Positions 1 through 12,300 of a DNA stretch of 64,000 nt are shown one piece after another. How positions within the stretch are numbered: position 1 is the first letter of the stretch; each line of letters begins with the position of its first letter. Under the pieces are notes generated by a model that did not search any database, was not told the origin of the DNA, and saw only the letters and a list, made by a program, of their open reading frames with translations. Source of the stretch: Eledone cirrhosa (Eukaryota). The translations under genes and the position numbers were made by a program. The stretch covers positions 11,842,001-11,906,000 of the forward strand of contig OZ024757.1 of assembly GCA_964016885.1 (NCBI GenBank). The letters are read 5' to 3'.

Positions 1-2
1 AC

Positions 3-194
3 ACACTCAAATGGGAAGTGATAGGCAGCGCGACCTCGTACAAACCACCTAATAAATTCTGTAACCTCTGTATACTAGAGACACACAATATTATCTTCTC
101 CAACCGTAACCTACTTAACAAAAAATCTGAGGTGTTTGCAACTTGCCAGCACCGCCTCAGACATTCCTTCCAAAACTTTAAGCCCTATATATAG
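3..194 (+). mobile_element. 3' end of a Penelope-like element ORF (C-terminus following the GIY-YIG endonuclease)
   Basis: Manual translation TLKWEVIGSATSYKPPNKFCNLCILETHNIIFSNRNLLNKKSEVFATCQHRL aligns by eye with the C-terminus of the Penelope ORF at 16826-17518 (KLHWEIL..CALC..E..ILNKKSEAISACKHKL). Confidence 0.8.
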
Positions 195-1615
195 CAATGT
201 CGGACTGGAACCTAACACCACATCTAGCATCAAACACCAGAGACACACCCTATACTACATACCCAACACTAGCTGATCCATTATAACACAAACAACGACA
301 TCCCTCTGGAACCCTTCGCAGGGAAAATACCCATTTTATACCTCTACGGCAGGTGTGACAACATCCACCCACTTGGACGGCACTACACCGCTCTAAGGGT
401 AATTTGAGCATGAATTGATCGGTTGGATGGTGTTGGGCAGAGGAAACACCTTCCTTAGACAGATGTAAAATGATTTAATCGAGTAGCGCTGTTGACCAGT
501 AGGACCGGGCTGCTGAGCGCAGTGAGTGAATGCAATGCAACTGCCGTGCGGGTTGTACGTATATGGATGATCTGACGGTCAGAGAGGGGTCGCGAGGACT
601 GCAGATTGACCTTTGGCCTGCCTGGGGACGATTATCTTTCGACATCCAATGTAGCAAGCGATGACCCAGATCTTACCAGAGATCATTGGGTCCTGAAGCA
701 ATCCTGCAATCACCGCGCCTGGTCATATGAGCAGACTACAACCACAGAGATCATTAATTTAGAATCCTCGCTCATCATCTATAATTTCCATTTGTAGCAC
801 CTTAAGATGGGTTAATCCACCTTAATAATAATATGATCACCTTCAGCATAATTTAGTTAAACTACTCTATAGTTAGTACACTTTATGCTTTAAAAGTCTC
901 TCTTGGAAGGTGCACCTCACCATAGAATTTAGGGTCTATATTGGGACACATTTTAATGGCTAAATATAGAAACCCCAGAGTTACCTCCCCGCATGCATTA
1001 ACTCCCCTTAGCCACACACACACTTCCGGTATTCAATGGCGTTTCTCGAAACGTAACAACCTCCTGTATCGAACTAAAGAACACCAGACTACGATCTCTA
1101 ACTGGATTGTCGTGGATTATGTGAAAGGCATATAATCGAAATATACACTCCCTTGACCATGAAAATGCCGAAGTACACGAATTACTTGACATCCCTGCGC
1201 TGTGCATCTCCAATACTTATAACACTTTTAATGCTTGCACTATCTTTAATGCTTATAATATTTCTCCACACACAGACTATATCAATCATATAAAGACTTT
1301 GCCACCAGATCTACCAACCTAACACTCTTATTTACCTACCTAAGTGCCTCCACCACACATATCTCTCTGCCACACTATATAAACAAGACGCACATGCGTG
1401 CCACACATATAACATTTGCACTATATAACCACTTATCTTCATGTTGTACTTTAACCTATATCTTTGATTTTTGATTGTACCTATTAATATAAATGTAATC
1501 TCGAAGTGTGTACTGCCACTCTAAATTCTGTAATGAATGTTGACCCACAATGTTTGAATATGTATCAATGTTTGAATATGTATTGGTATGTCTCTCGGCT
1601 GAAAAGGAGGTCATA

Positions 1616-1815
1616 NNNNNNNNNNNNNNNNNNNNNNNNNNNNNNNNNNNNNNNNNNNNNNNNNNNNNNNNNNNNNNNNNNNNNNNNNNNNNNNNNNNNN
1701 NNNNNNNNNNNNNNNNNNNNNNNNNNNNNNNNNNNNNNNNNNNNNNNNNNNNNNNNNNNNNNNNNNNNNNNNNNNNNNNNNNNNNNNNNNNNNNNNNNNN
1801 NNNNNNNNNNNNNNN
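1616..1815. other. Assembly gap (200 N)
   Basis: Run of N characters. Confidence 1.
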
Positions 1816-2268
1816 GGTTGGTGTTAGGAAGGGCATCCAACTGTAGAAATTAAGCTAGAATCAGTTCCCCTCCCGCCCTTGCAAGCAGGGAATGTGGATG
1901 TAAAATGAAATGATGATGATGATATATGCTCTGTTGGATGGGCAATGTCAATGTGGGTGAACGACCAAGCATGAGAGAGAAACTGGGTATAAGAGGGATA
2001 AGCTGTGGAGTGCAGGAGAGGAGACTGAGATGGTATGAACATGTGATGCTCATGGAAGATGACCGCTGGGTAAAGAAGTACCAGGAGATCCCAATAGAAG
2101 GAAGACCACAAAAAAACACGAGTAGAGGTGAGAGCAGACCTCAGATCGCTGAAACTCAGCGAGGAGTTGACGAAGGACTGACAAATGGAGAGATGATGTG
2201 CTGAATAGGACCCTTCCCACCCTTGTAAGCAGGGAAAAGTGGACGTAAAATGATGATGATGATGATGA
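1816..2268 (+). mobile_element. RTE-clade LINE 3' fragments with (GAT)n tails
   Basis: Encodes GVQERRLRWYEHVMLM, homologous to the RTE at 25279-28732. Both fragments end in GTAAAATG(AAAT)GATGATGAT tails. Confidence 0.8.
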
Positions 2269-3119
2269 TATATATATTTATATTTAATATAGACCTGGCT
2301 TCTACAGGACTAGACTTGATTCATTCGGGAGAAATCATCAGGAAGCTTCCTGATTAGAAGCCATTTCTATATTAAATATTCATACTCTGCTATGTATTGA
2401 GTACCGTACTTACTGTGGTTACCCCAGATTGAACCTGTGTGTATGTGAGAGATGAGACAAACATACATATATATATATGTGTGTGAGATCCCGAGTGAAA
2501 TCGGGATAACCACAACATCTAAGGCACTCAATACATATATATATATAAATACACACACATATACGTAAAATGTGGAAAGTAATATAAGACTAAACAATGT
2601 AAAATAGACGAAAATGTAAGTTATTTGGTAATCTTTGTCTTGTTTTTTTTGTTGTTGCTGTTGTATTGGTTTTTCTGCTGGCATGTGTAGTGTGTATATA
2701 GATATTATACACAAATATACATACATGTAGATATGATACCTCAAATAAAATTGTAATTGACAATATCCACAGAAATTGAAGAGAGTGTGTTACACTTTCT
2801 TCTGTAATCAGTAAAGTAATCCATGATACATTTAAAAAAGATGATATTATATATAAACTGCATCATGGTGAAATTTTATGAAAACGAAAAAGGAGAAAAT
2901 TAGTGACGGAAATATAAGCAATGTGATATAGCGTCCATTATATCGTAGCCGGAAGTATTGATATTTGAAAATATTAAAAGAAGTGAATCTTGAAATAAGC
3001 AGGAAAAGATAATGATGGAAACAAGTTTACCTCTGTTATTTCGAACTTTTGATATGCCCAGTCCCGAAGTATGATGTTTTCTATGACAAAAATTGCATTA
3101 TATTTTGACTCACCCTTGT

Positions 3120-3484
3120 CATTTCATCATCATCATCATTTCATTTTACGTCCGCTTTTTCCCTGCTTGCAAGGGTGGGACAGTAACTGATTTTGGCTTG
3201 ATTTCTACAGCTGGATGCCCTTCCTAACACCAACCTCATTTACAGTGAGTGCTGTATGTATAGATATCCTCATCTTCGTTTAACGTCCATTTTCCACGCT
3301 AGCATGGGTTAGACAGGAGTTGTCCCACTTGAGGGAAGGTTGGTCGGGTGACCATGTCTCGCTCATATAGGACTATCTGGCAGGTTTTCTACGGCTGGAT
3401 GCCCTTCCTAAGACCAACCACATTTACAGTGTGGAACTGGGAACTTTTTACCGTGTTACCTACACGACCACATTACAGCGTGGA

Positions 3485-3490
<6 letters not shown>
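3120..3490 (-). mobile_element. RTE LINE 3'-UTR fragments
   Basis: (CAT)n tail plus ctggatgcccttcctaacaccaacc motif shared with 25279-25460. Confidence 0.7.
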
Positions 3491-3524
<34 letters not shown>

Positions 3525-3922
3525 ACATGTGTGAGATCCTTGGTACTGTTAGGTTTATTTGAAGAAAAGGAAAACAATGACTTCACATGTAGTGATAAAA
3601 AATATTTGATTTGATTTAATTTTATAATATTATAATAATATGAGTTGGTTCTTTGTTAACTTCGGTGGGAAGAATTTTATAGATTCCTGGTTAACTTGGG
3701 TGTATATATATATACACACACATACATATATATGTATATATATATATAGAGATATAGATAGGTAAATATACACGGGTGTGTATGATTGTGTATAGAAGAT
3801 TATATTAATAAGAAGAATTCCAACTTTGTCTGATTTACTCGTTTTATTTACAATCCTTTAAAATATATATAATGGTATTATAATGAAATAGTATGATAGA
3901 ATATTAAATTCTAAGTGTTAAT

Positions 3923-3961
3923 TGAACAAGTACTTTCATGCTTTCGCAATCTTCAGGTTCA
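3923..3961 (-). ncRNA. Minimal hammerhead ribozyme, mirror copy on the left palindrome arm
   Basis: Exact reverse complement of 4035-4073. Confidence 0.8.
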
Positions 3962-4034
3962 TGATATGTGGTGACAGTCGAGTTTGCAATTTTCAACTGT
4001 TGAAAATTGCAAACTCGACTGTCACCACATATCA

Positions 4035-4073
4035 TGAACCTGAAGATTGCGAAAGCATGAAAGTACTTGTTCA
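4035..4073 (+). ncRNA. Minimal type I hammerhead ribozyme (Penelope pLTR type)
   Basis: TGAAC-CTGAAGA-T TGC GAAA GCA T-GAAA-GTAC-TT-GTTCA: stem I TGAAC/GTTCA, intact CUGANGA and GAAA boxes, palindromic stem III AGTACT, CUU triplet with predicted cleavage after 4068. Confidence 0.8.
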
Positions 4074-4988
4074 ATTAACACTTAGAATTTAATATTCTAT
4101 CATACTATTTCATTATAATACCATTATATATATTTTAAAGGATTGTAAATAAAACGAGTAAATCAGACAAAGTTGGAATTCCTCTTATTAATGTATATAT
4201 ATATACATACACATGTATATATATATATCTTATACACACATACACACTAAACATACATATATATTATACATATCTTGTACATACACATATATATATATAA
4301 AATATTAAAATATTAAAAAAATAATGAATAAACAAAGAAACAGTTCCTTATATTAAAAAAATTCATTATTTTACGATCGTTTCTAGGATATATATGTGTT
4401 AGAGTTGGTATGCATATTCTATAGATCTATGTACAATATTTATACAAACTATCAGAGGGAATATACATACCTTCACATATATATGCTGTCTTCAGAAATA
4501 ATGATACTTGTTTATTGATAAGAACAAAGATTCAATACAATAGGTCTGTTTGGGAACAGGTTTTGAATTGACCAATCAGGAGATAGTGAGGGTCAAGATA
4601 GTGATATTAGGAGAATCTTAAATTATGGGTAGAGGAAGGTGGATTTCAGTTTTGGATGGATATATATATATATATATCACATGGATATATATATATATAT
4701 ATATCACATACACACACATATATTTTATATGCTTACATATATATATATAAACTCCTATATATACATATATTTCATACACATACATATATATACACACTAC
4801 ATATACACATATCTATTTTCTACATACATACATATATATATATCGTATACACACACCATATATATATTTTTTTACACATATACCATACATACATTTTATA
4901 TACACACTATATATATCCTATACATATATATAGAAACACATATATATTTTCTACATAATAATATATATATATCCTATACACACATATA

Positions 4989-5930
4989 TCATCATCATCA
5001 ACATTTAACTTAGATCTTCCATGCTAGCATGGGTTAGATGGTAATTGTCCCACTTGAGGCAAGATTGATCAGGTGACCGTGTCTTGCTCATATAGGACAT
5101 CGGGAAGGTGGAGTTTCTGTATTACTGTGTGGCGCCAAAATCTCGATCCAGTGACATTGTCTTAGAGAGGTCTAAATATGCAAGGTCAGATCATGTCCCA
5201 GATTTTTCTGGGGCTACCTACTCCGTAACTTCTATCAATTTTGATCGCCCTGCACTTTGTTATACAGCTGTCATCTTTCATGTGCATCACATCACCATAC
5301 CAACGTAGTCTTCTCTCAAGTAAACAGCATCTGATTCGTCTAATCCTAATTTCTCACTTAGTTCGTTTATGTTTTACTGTTCATGTATATTACTATTACA
5401 CTTCCAACGGAGCATGCATGCTTCGTTCCTTTCCAATCTGGGCATGTCCTCTGCAAACAATGCCCATGTCTCTATAGAACCATCTACATTCTTAGATAGC
5501 TTGCCTGTGATCCCACTATATCTTTTATGTACCCATAGTTTGCATTTGGAGCATAGAATGGAATTTCTACCTACTCCTTTCCTACACACTGAACATGGTC
5601 ATTTCCCTGTGGGCACCTGTGCCCTATTTTCCTTTCTACGTACCAGAACTTTAGTCTTAGATAAGTTATCTTTAAGGTCTTTTGATTCTAGGCCATGCTT
5701 CCATGTTTGGAATTTGTTCTCTAGTTCAGCCATAGATTCAGCTATGAGAGTTAGATAATTTGCATATAGAAGTTCCCATGGTCAGCCAGTCTTAAACCCC
5801 TCTGTTATAGCCTGAAGGGGAATAACAAACAGGAGGGGGATAAGGACGGAGCTTTGATGAACACTTACTGTGATACTAAATTCTTCAGTTAATATTTATT
5901 GTTAATTTTAACCTTGCTGACTGTTCCTTT
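4989..5930 (-). mobile_element. Degraded 5'-truncated RTE LINE (RT C-terminal half)
   Basis: Minus-strand CRKGVGRNSILCSKCKLWVHKR and LERNEACMLRW match the 25700-27184 ORF; (CAT)n tail near 4989. Confidence 0.8.
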
Positions 5931-5931
5931 A

Positions 5932-6055
5932 TGGTCTGAGTTCAAATCCCATCGGGGTTAGCTTTGCCTTTCATCCTTACGTGGTCGATAAAATAAAGTA
6001 CCAGTAATGCACTGGGGTAATTGATGGCCTTGTGCCCAAAGTAGAAACAATTATT
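5932..6055 (+). mobile_element. tRNA-derived SINE with a Nin-like core (representative copy)
   Basis: gagttcaaatccc (B-box-like) followed by gcctttcatcctt..gtcgataaaataaagtacc. Further copies lie near 32380-32720, 34430-34630, 37465-37650, 38150-38510, 44925-45385, 48460-48770, 51665-52035, 52840-52972, 53230-53420, 55640-55940 and 59235-59612. Confidence 0.75.
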
Positions 6056-6459
6056 AAAAAGTGTGAGATAGTAAATAATAACATAGAAAGGTATATATAT
6101 TGATATATATATTGATTCGGTATGTAAGACAGTAGCTTTTATTAAATATTGGGTTGGTCTGTAACAATCCATCCAACCTATCCAGCACAGAAATACACAT
6201 GTATGATGGTGATGATGATAATATCAGTTTTATATTCATAATTTCTTTTTTTGCTATTTACAACTTATTTTTGAGACTTTACTTACATTTATGTAAAAAT
6301 AAAAATGTTTTTATCAATAATATTCCATTATTTCAGATTCCCAATTACCAGTTTCTAATACAAAACCAATGAAATCGACGAAAGTGATTATAAAATACGT
6401 AAGTTAAATGTACTATTTTATTAGGTCATACAATATTATATATACTGTATATACTCATA

Positions 6460-7650
6460 TATTTTGTTGACCTTGAGAAGGCATATGACTACGTTCCTTG
6501 GCCACCTGCTGTGGTAGGCTGTACAGGAGTATGTGATTGATAGTCAACTTCTTGCTGCCCTGGTGTCTCTATATGAATGCCTGAGTATCTATGTTGGGAT
6601 AAATGGTGTTAAATAGAAACCATTGAATGTGGAAGTTGGACTCCACCAAGGGTGTATACTGTCAACTCTCCTTTTTGCTATTTACATGAACAGGATTAAT
6701 ATACGCAGCTGGGTTGGAAGTGGTATCATGTCTGGCGACTGTAAAATCACTTGGCTGGAATTTGATGATGACATGGTGTTATTTAACTCGACAGAAGATG
6801 ATATTTGACTTGCACTTGATAGGTTTGTTGCCGAGTGTTGCATGGCTGGAATGAAATCAGTACTGTGAAAACTGAGACACTTGTCCTCTCATGGAAGCCA
6901 GTGCAGTGTACTCTACATGTGAATGGAGTTCCACTGAAGCAGGTAGAGAAGTTCAAGTATCTTGGGGCCATGTTCACGAGTGATGGTAGGCAGGAGGCTG
7001 AATTAAGTGTAAGAATTACAAAGACTGGTACAGTAATATGCCAGCTTCATTAATCAGAAGGTAGGAAGGAGTAAAAGCCAAACTCACTGTTTCAATTCGA
7101 CATTCATGCTATCCCTTGCCTAGGGTCATGAATCTTGGATAATGACCAAAAAAATACAATCGTGAATGGGGTTCCTCCGAAGGGTCTTTGTAGTATTGTT
7201 ACTCGATAGTGTGTAGCTCAGAGATCAGAAAGTCACTCCGAGTAGAGCTGCTACTTCTCTGAATTGAGAGATCACAGCTCCGATACTATAGGCATGGGGC
7301 TAGAATGGGATACTTCCGAAGGGTCTTTTGAATAACGTTACTCGATAAAGTGCATAGCTTAGAGATCAGTCATTGCAGGTAGAGCAACTACTTCTCTGAA
7401 TTGAGAGATGACAGCGCCAATACTATGGGCATGAGGTTAGAATGTCTCAGGAAAGAATCGTTGGACAGATGTTATGGGTAAAACAACTAGCAAAAGACCC
7501 AGGGGTAGATCCCGAACAAGACGTGCTTGGGCATGCAGCTGGATCAGTTGGAGATGGTTGCTTCTGACAGGACCCCCTGGAAGGAGAGTTTGAGGACTCT
7601 ACACCCTGACCCTATCAGGAATAAGTTGGCAAAGAAGAAAACAGATGAAA
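6460..7650 (+). mobile_element. Degraded RTE-clade LINE (second family), RT region to 3' end
   Basis: FVDLEKAYD, VGLHQGCILSTLLF, LEFDDDMVL and VEKFKYLG RT motifs with stops; internal ~130-bp duplication at 7195-7440. Confidence 0.8.
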
Positions 7651-7852
7651 TGATAAAAAAAAGCATTACGTAATGGAGTTGTGTAACAAAAACTATATTC
7701 TAAAAGACACTTAAAACATTTTAAAGATTAAAATACTAAAACTTCATAAATATATTTTATACTCATGAGAATTTCAAAGCCACACCACCTAAACTTGTGT
7801 TGATTAGCTGCCTTGGCTTACAAATGGGGTTTATAATATATATATTCTTCTT

Positions 7853-8705
7853 TGCTGATATATTCCTGGGAGGAGGGCAGTGGGGGAATATTTCTCAAGT
7901 ACTCCTTTCAATGGGTCCTGTCAGAAGCAACTGTCTCCAACTGATCCAGCTGAATGCCCAAGTGAAACCAGCCAAGCTCATGGATGTTATCCAACCATCT
8001 TGCTCAGGGTCTACCCCAGGTACTCCTGATGGTTGGCTTTGCTCATAAAATCTTTTCAGCAATTCTTTCCTGAGATATTCTAACCTCATGTCTGTAGTAT
8101 CAGAGTTGAGATCTCTCCATTCGAAGAAGTAGCAGCTCTACCTGGAGTGACTCTCTGATCTCCGAGTTACTCATTCTATTGAGTAACATTGCTCCAAAGA
8201 CCCTTCAAAGAACCCCATTTCAGCCATTAGTATTTGAAATCATATTCTTTCGATCATTAAACAAAATTCATGACGATAGTTAAGGGTTGGCACCTAAACA
8301 AATTGAAGATATCGAGTTCATCTTTCACACATACCTCCTTTCTTCTAATCACCAAATGCTGGAGCTGACACATTACTGCACCAGTTCCTGTAATTCTTAC
8401 ACTAAATTCAGTCTCCTACCTTCCATCACTCATGAACATATCCCTGAGATACTTGAACTCTTCCACCTGCTTCAGTGTAACTCCATTCACTTGTGGAGTG
8501 CACTAAACAGGCTTCCTTGAGAGGATGAGTGTCTCAGTCTTTGCATCACTGATTTTCATTCCTGCCGTGCAGCACTTGGCATCAAATCTGTCAAATGCAT
8601 GTCAGAGATCACCTTCTCTTGAGTTAAGTAGTACGATGACGTCTGCAAAATCAGCCGACTGATCTTATACTCACCAGTCTTGATACCTCTTCCAACTTGG
8701 CTGTG
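7853..8705 (-). mobile_element. Degraded RTE LINE, inverted relative to the 6460-7650 copy
   Basis: Reverse complement matches 6720-7640, e.g. gaacttgaactc..cacctgcttcagtg and cagaagcaac..tctccaactgatccagctg. Confidence 0.75.
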
Positions 8706-9324
8706 CATGAGCCCATAATTATTTGTTGATCTGAAGTTGGATTCCAGCTTAACCCCAAATATTTTCCGTGTCTTAATTTTAGACACTTTTACTGTTGTCT
8801 CTGCTGTGACTTTTCATGCCTGCTTGTCCTGCAAGTGCAAGAAGGACTTATTTCCAAGCCACCGTCTTTGTTTGAATGGCATCTGTGACCACTTGAGCAC
8901 CAGGGGGCGCTCCAAGTTGGCAATACTTCTTATATATATTCATTGGCAATACTTATATTCTGTGTAACTACATTTTTTCACTAGGACTTTCTTCGTACAA
9001 TACATGTAATATCATATTTTTCTCGTTAACATTTATTTTTAGTGATTATTCTCATTGTTGATCATATTTGCCAAATAAACAGCTGGATTTAATATATTTA
9101 GAGAAAATGATGTTTTCTTATTAATCCATTTATTTAAAAAACTAATATTTTCACAAAACTAATCAATATTTCTTTTTCCTATATTTCATTTTAGATTTGG
9201 TAAATTTATCTGAAAATCTTGAAATTGTGAAGGTGTTTGGAATTACATTCATACACATAACACATATACACACACACATATATATACATATATATATAAC
9301 CAGTTGTAGAAGTAGAGACAAACA

Positions 9325-12300
9325 ATGGAGGCTGCAGAAATAGATATTGTAGAAGACCAAATTATAAGTACACAGTTACCCCAAGTAGTATATGACAGGG
9401 AGGATTTGGTGATACCACTACAAAAGACTGATATTAGGGAAAATAAATCTAAGGTAAAAGTGTTAACTGAAATCCCCTTGAAAGATATCACAGTACCATG
9501 CCAAATATTATATACACCTGTTCCTCCAGTAGTAGACACTGTAAAACTTACTGTAGAAGACACTGTAGAATATTACTCTCTACCATTAAAATATATTGTA
9601 CCCATAAAGAATGGTACTATGAGCTATATCCCACGTGTATTAACACTAAAGTACACACCACCAACTGGCTGTTGTCGTATGGTACTCTGTCAATCAGTGG
9701 TCACTGATATCGATAGGTTTAACCAAAATGTGGTAATTGCCACATTACCATTTGACAATCAAATTCCGTTCTTCTCACCCTCTAGTGTTGCAATAAAAAC
9801 TCTTGAAGTCGGCTTTCATAAAATTTCATATTATAAAGATAGTAGATTCCTAGGTTTTAAATTATTAGAAAAAAAAATATATATGGTAAATTGGATTGAA
9901 AAAACATATACTGAGCAATTTGAGGTGAAACATGAGCCGAGAAGTATAGCCATAGGGCCAGACGATCGTGTTTTAGTAATATTTTATAATTTAACCGTTA
10001 TAATCTGTTATGATCTGAATGGTCATAAATTATTTCAATTTCACCTCCATTCTAAGGACATTCCTGCTGACATCACCGTTTTCAGGAATTATTTTTATGT
10101 ATTTCAAGGGCAGATTATTTATAAGATCTCCTCAATAGGTGGACTCTCTCAAAAGGATATTGGGATAAACACTCAATATATTACATTTGACTTAAATAAT
10201 ATGTTTGTATCTGATGTTTCTGGTCAGATATATTGTTTTAAGACAAAAAGGTTTTGGCCAAAGATGTCTTATTATCAAAAGACCCAAACACCCTGTCTGA
10301 ATGACAAAATTATTATAGAGTACCCTAACAAGATATATGAGATTCTACCTATGTCACGATCTTCTGTATTAGTTGTATACAGGGATCTGAAAGCTATACT
10401 ATACACTTACAGTGCTACAGAATTGTGTAGAGGTAAGGAATTAATATTTAAGTCCAAACCATCTAGATTTTGCAGAATAGACTACAGCAAATTTCTGGTT
10501 CTATTCAATAAAACTAGAACTATACAACATATTACATGTCCTGAACTAAAAGAAGGTCATCGCTATTGTTTAGATAAGAATTACATTCAAATATGTGATG
10601 TAGTATTAGATAGGTTTATAGCTTTAACCACTGGTGGAATGAATGAGGTCCATAAATTAAAGATTGAGGAAGACAAGGTAGAATGTGAAATACTAAAATC
10701 ATTAGAACATGGTGATGTCAGTATAGCTACAACTCCAACTTATTTTGTTATTTTAGATAAGAAATATCGTAAATTAATATTTCATTCTAGTTTCGGTGAA
10801 GAAGAACTTTTCGAAACATATTTTGATTTTAACAGCCGTCCCTATCATATCTATTCAGACACTTTTTACTTGTATGTTATCTTCCCTACACTCTCTATTA
10901 TGGCATGTTATGATATTTATGGAGAATATAAATGGAAATTAAAACTTCCGGTAGCTTCTCGCTTTTGTAATGGTATTTGTGAAGGAACTATATATCTATT
11001 TGACCATAACCTAGGGAGTATTCTTGTTTACAACTGTGAATCATCCATTTGTCATTTAAAAAAGTTAAATCCTTATATCAGAAATCCAACGATACGACAC
11101 AAAGAAAAGGATGATAATAAAATTGCGATTGCTGAAACATGTTATCTACCCAACGGACAGTTGGTGGTGTCTGACATAAATAATTCTTGCTTATTATACA
11201 TTTCTAAGAAAGAAGGAGAAGAAATAAAAGTGTTATCTACATTATATCTGCCATCTGTAGCTACAGATATATGTAGATGGGGTTCTAGTCAATTGGCTGT
11301 CACATTACCCCTAGAGAAAGAATTAAGGCTTATTGGAAACCTATCAAAAACAGTTAGAATGATATCATTAAACCACCCTTATGTACAGATACGGAAGTTT
11401 GGTGAGGGTAGAATTGTTGGTTATTGTGACAACAAACCAAACTATATAGACATTGTATCTGTTCAAAAACATAACCAGGGTGAAGTAATGTCTAGGGTCC
11501 CTATTCCATGTCAAATAAACTCATTAGCAATAGACAATGATACATTAAATATATTTATGGTGACTAAGAAAAAAATATTTATGTACGAAACTATATCAAA
11601 AAAGGGTCAACGAGGTATTTTAAATCGTCCCAGCCCTATTTCGGAGCCCAACTTTAAACCACTTTCTGATCTATATGGTGGATGTATTGATAACACTTGT
11701 CATTATCTGATAGACAAAGATGGTGTGTTGGCTATAAATAGGCATAACTCTGTGATGGTAGATCTGGTGACAAGGAAACAGTCTAACATGTTTATTGACA
11801 TGGTAGATGTATTTTCTAGAAACATCTGTGTCAGTGAAATGTTTTCTTCTACATTATATCTGCAGGATCTGACAGTTTCTGATAAAGCTAAGATATTTTC
11901 ACCTCCTCCTTGTTTGGAAGACACAGAACCAGTGGGTGGTGGTAGTGGTGGTTATGGTGATGAGGAGAAGGGTTTGGTTGTTGTTACTGAAAATAACCTG
12001 ATTGCATTATATGACTCCAATAACAACAACATTAAAATATTAACATTTGATGGTCAAATTGTTGACTTTATCAAATTAAATAACAATCTCCCTAAACATA
12101 TATGTCGTTGGGGGTCAAATACACTGGTCATTACCACTGATACTGACAAGCTGTTAACTTTAGAAGTGGAGTTTCCATTGTATTTGGTAAGTTATAAGAC
12201 AGACCATAGCTATTATGGTATAGCTTCTTTGTTAGACAACCAACTAGTGTGTAGTAGTGTAGAGAGATATATAGATAGATATAGAGATAGATATATAGGT

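Larger units (their letters stand above)
3804..4192. repeat. Near-perfect fold-back palindrome: 194-bp arms, 1-nt spacer at 3998
   Basis: 3804-3997 is the reverse complement of 3999-4192, with one mismatch seen (3814/4182). Confidence 0.95.

Noticed and set aside
1597-1615. GGCTGAAAAGGAGGTCATA as the start of a hammerhead after the first Penelope
   Set aside because: The core deviates from CUGANGA and the gap truncates the sequence, so it cannot be evaluated.
1456-1853. ORFs spanning X runs
   Set aside because: Artefacts of the 200-N gap.
4360-4462. Minus-strand CTGATAG...GAAACGATCGTA hammerhead-like motif
   Set aside because: Palindromic stem III and a GUA triplet are present, but the first box deviates, the stem II region is long and AT-rich, and stem I does not pair convincingly. 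At best a decayed relic.
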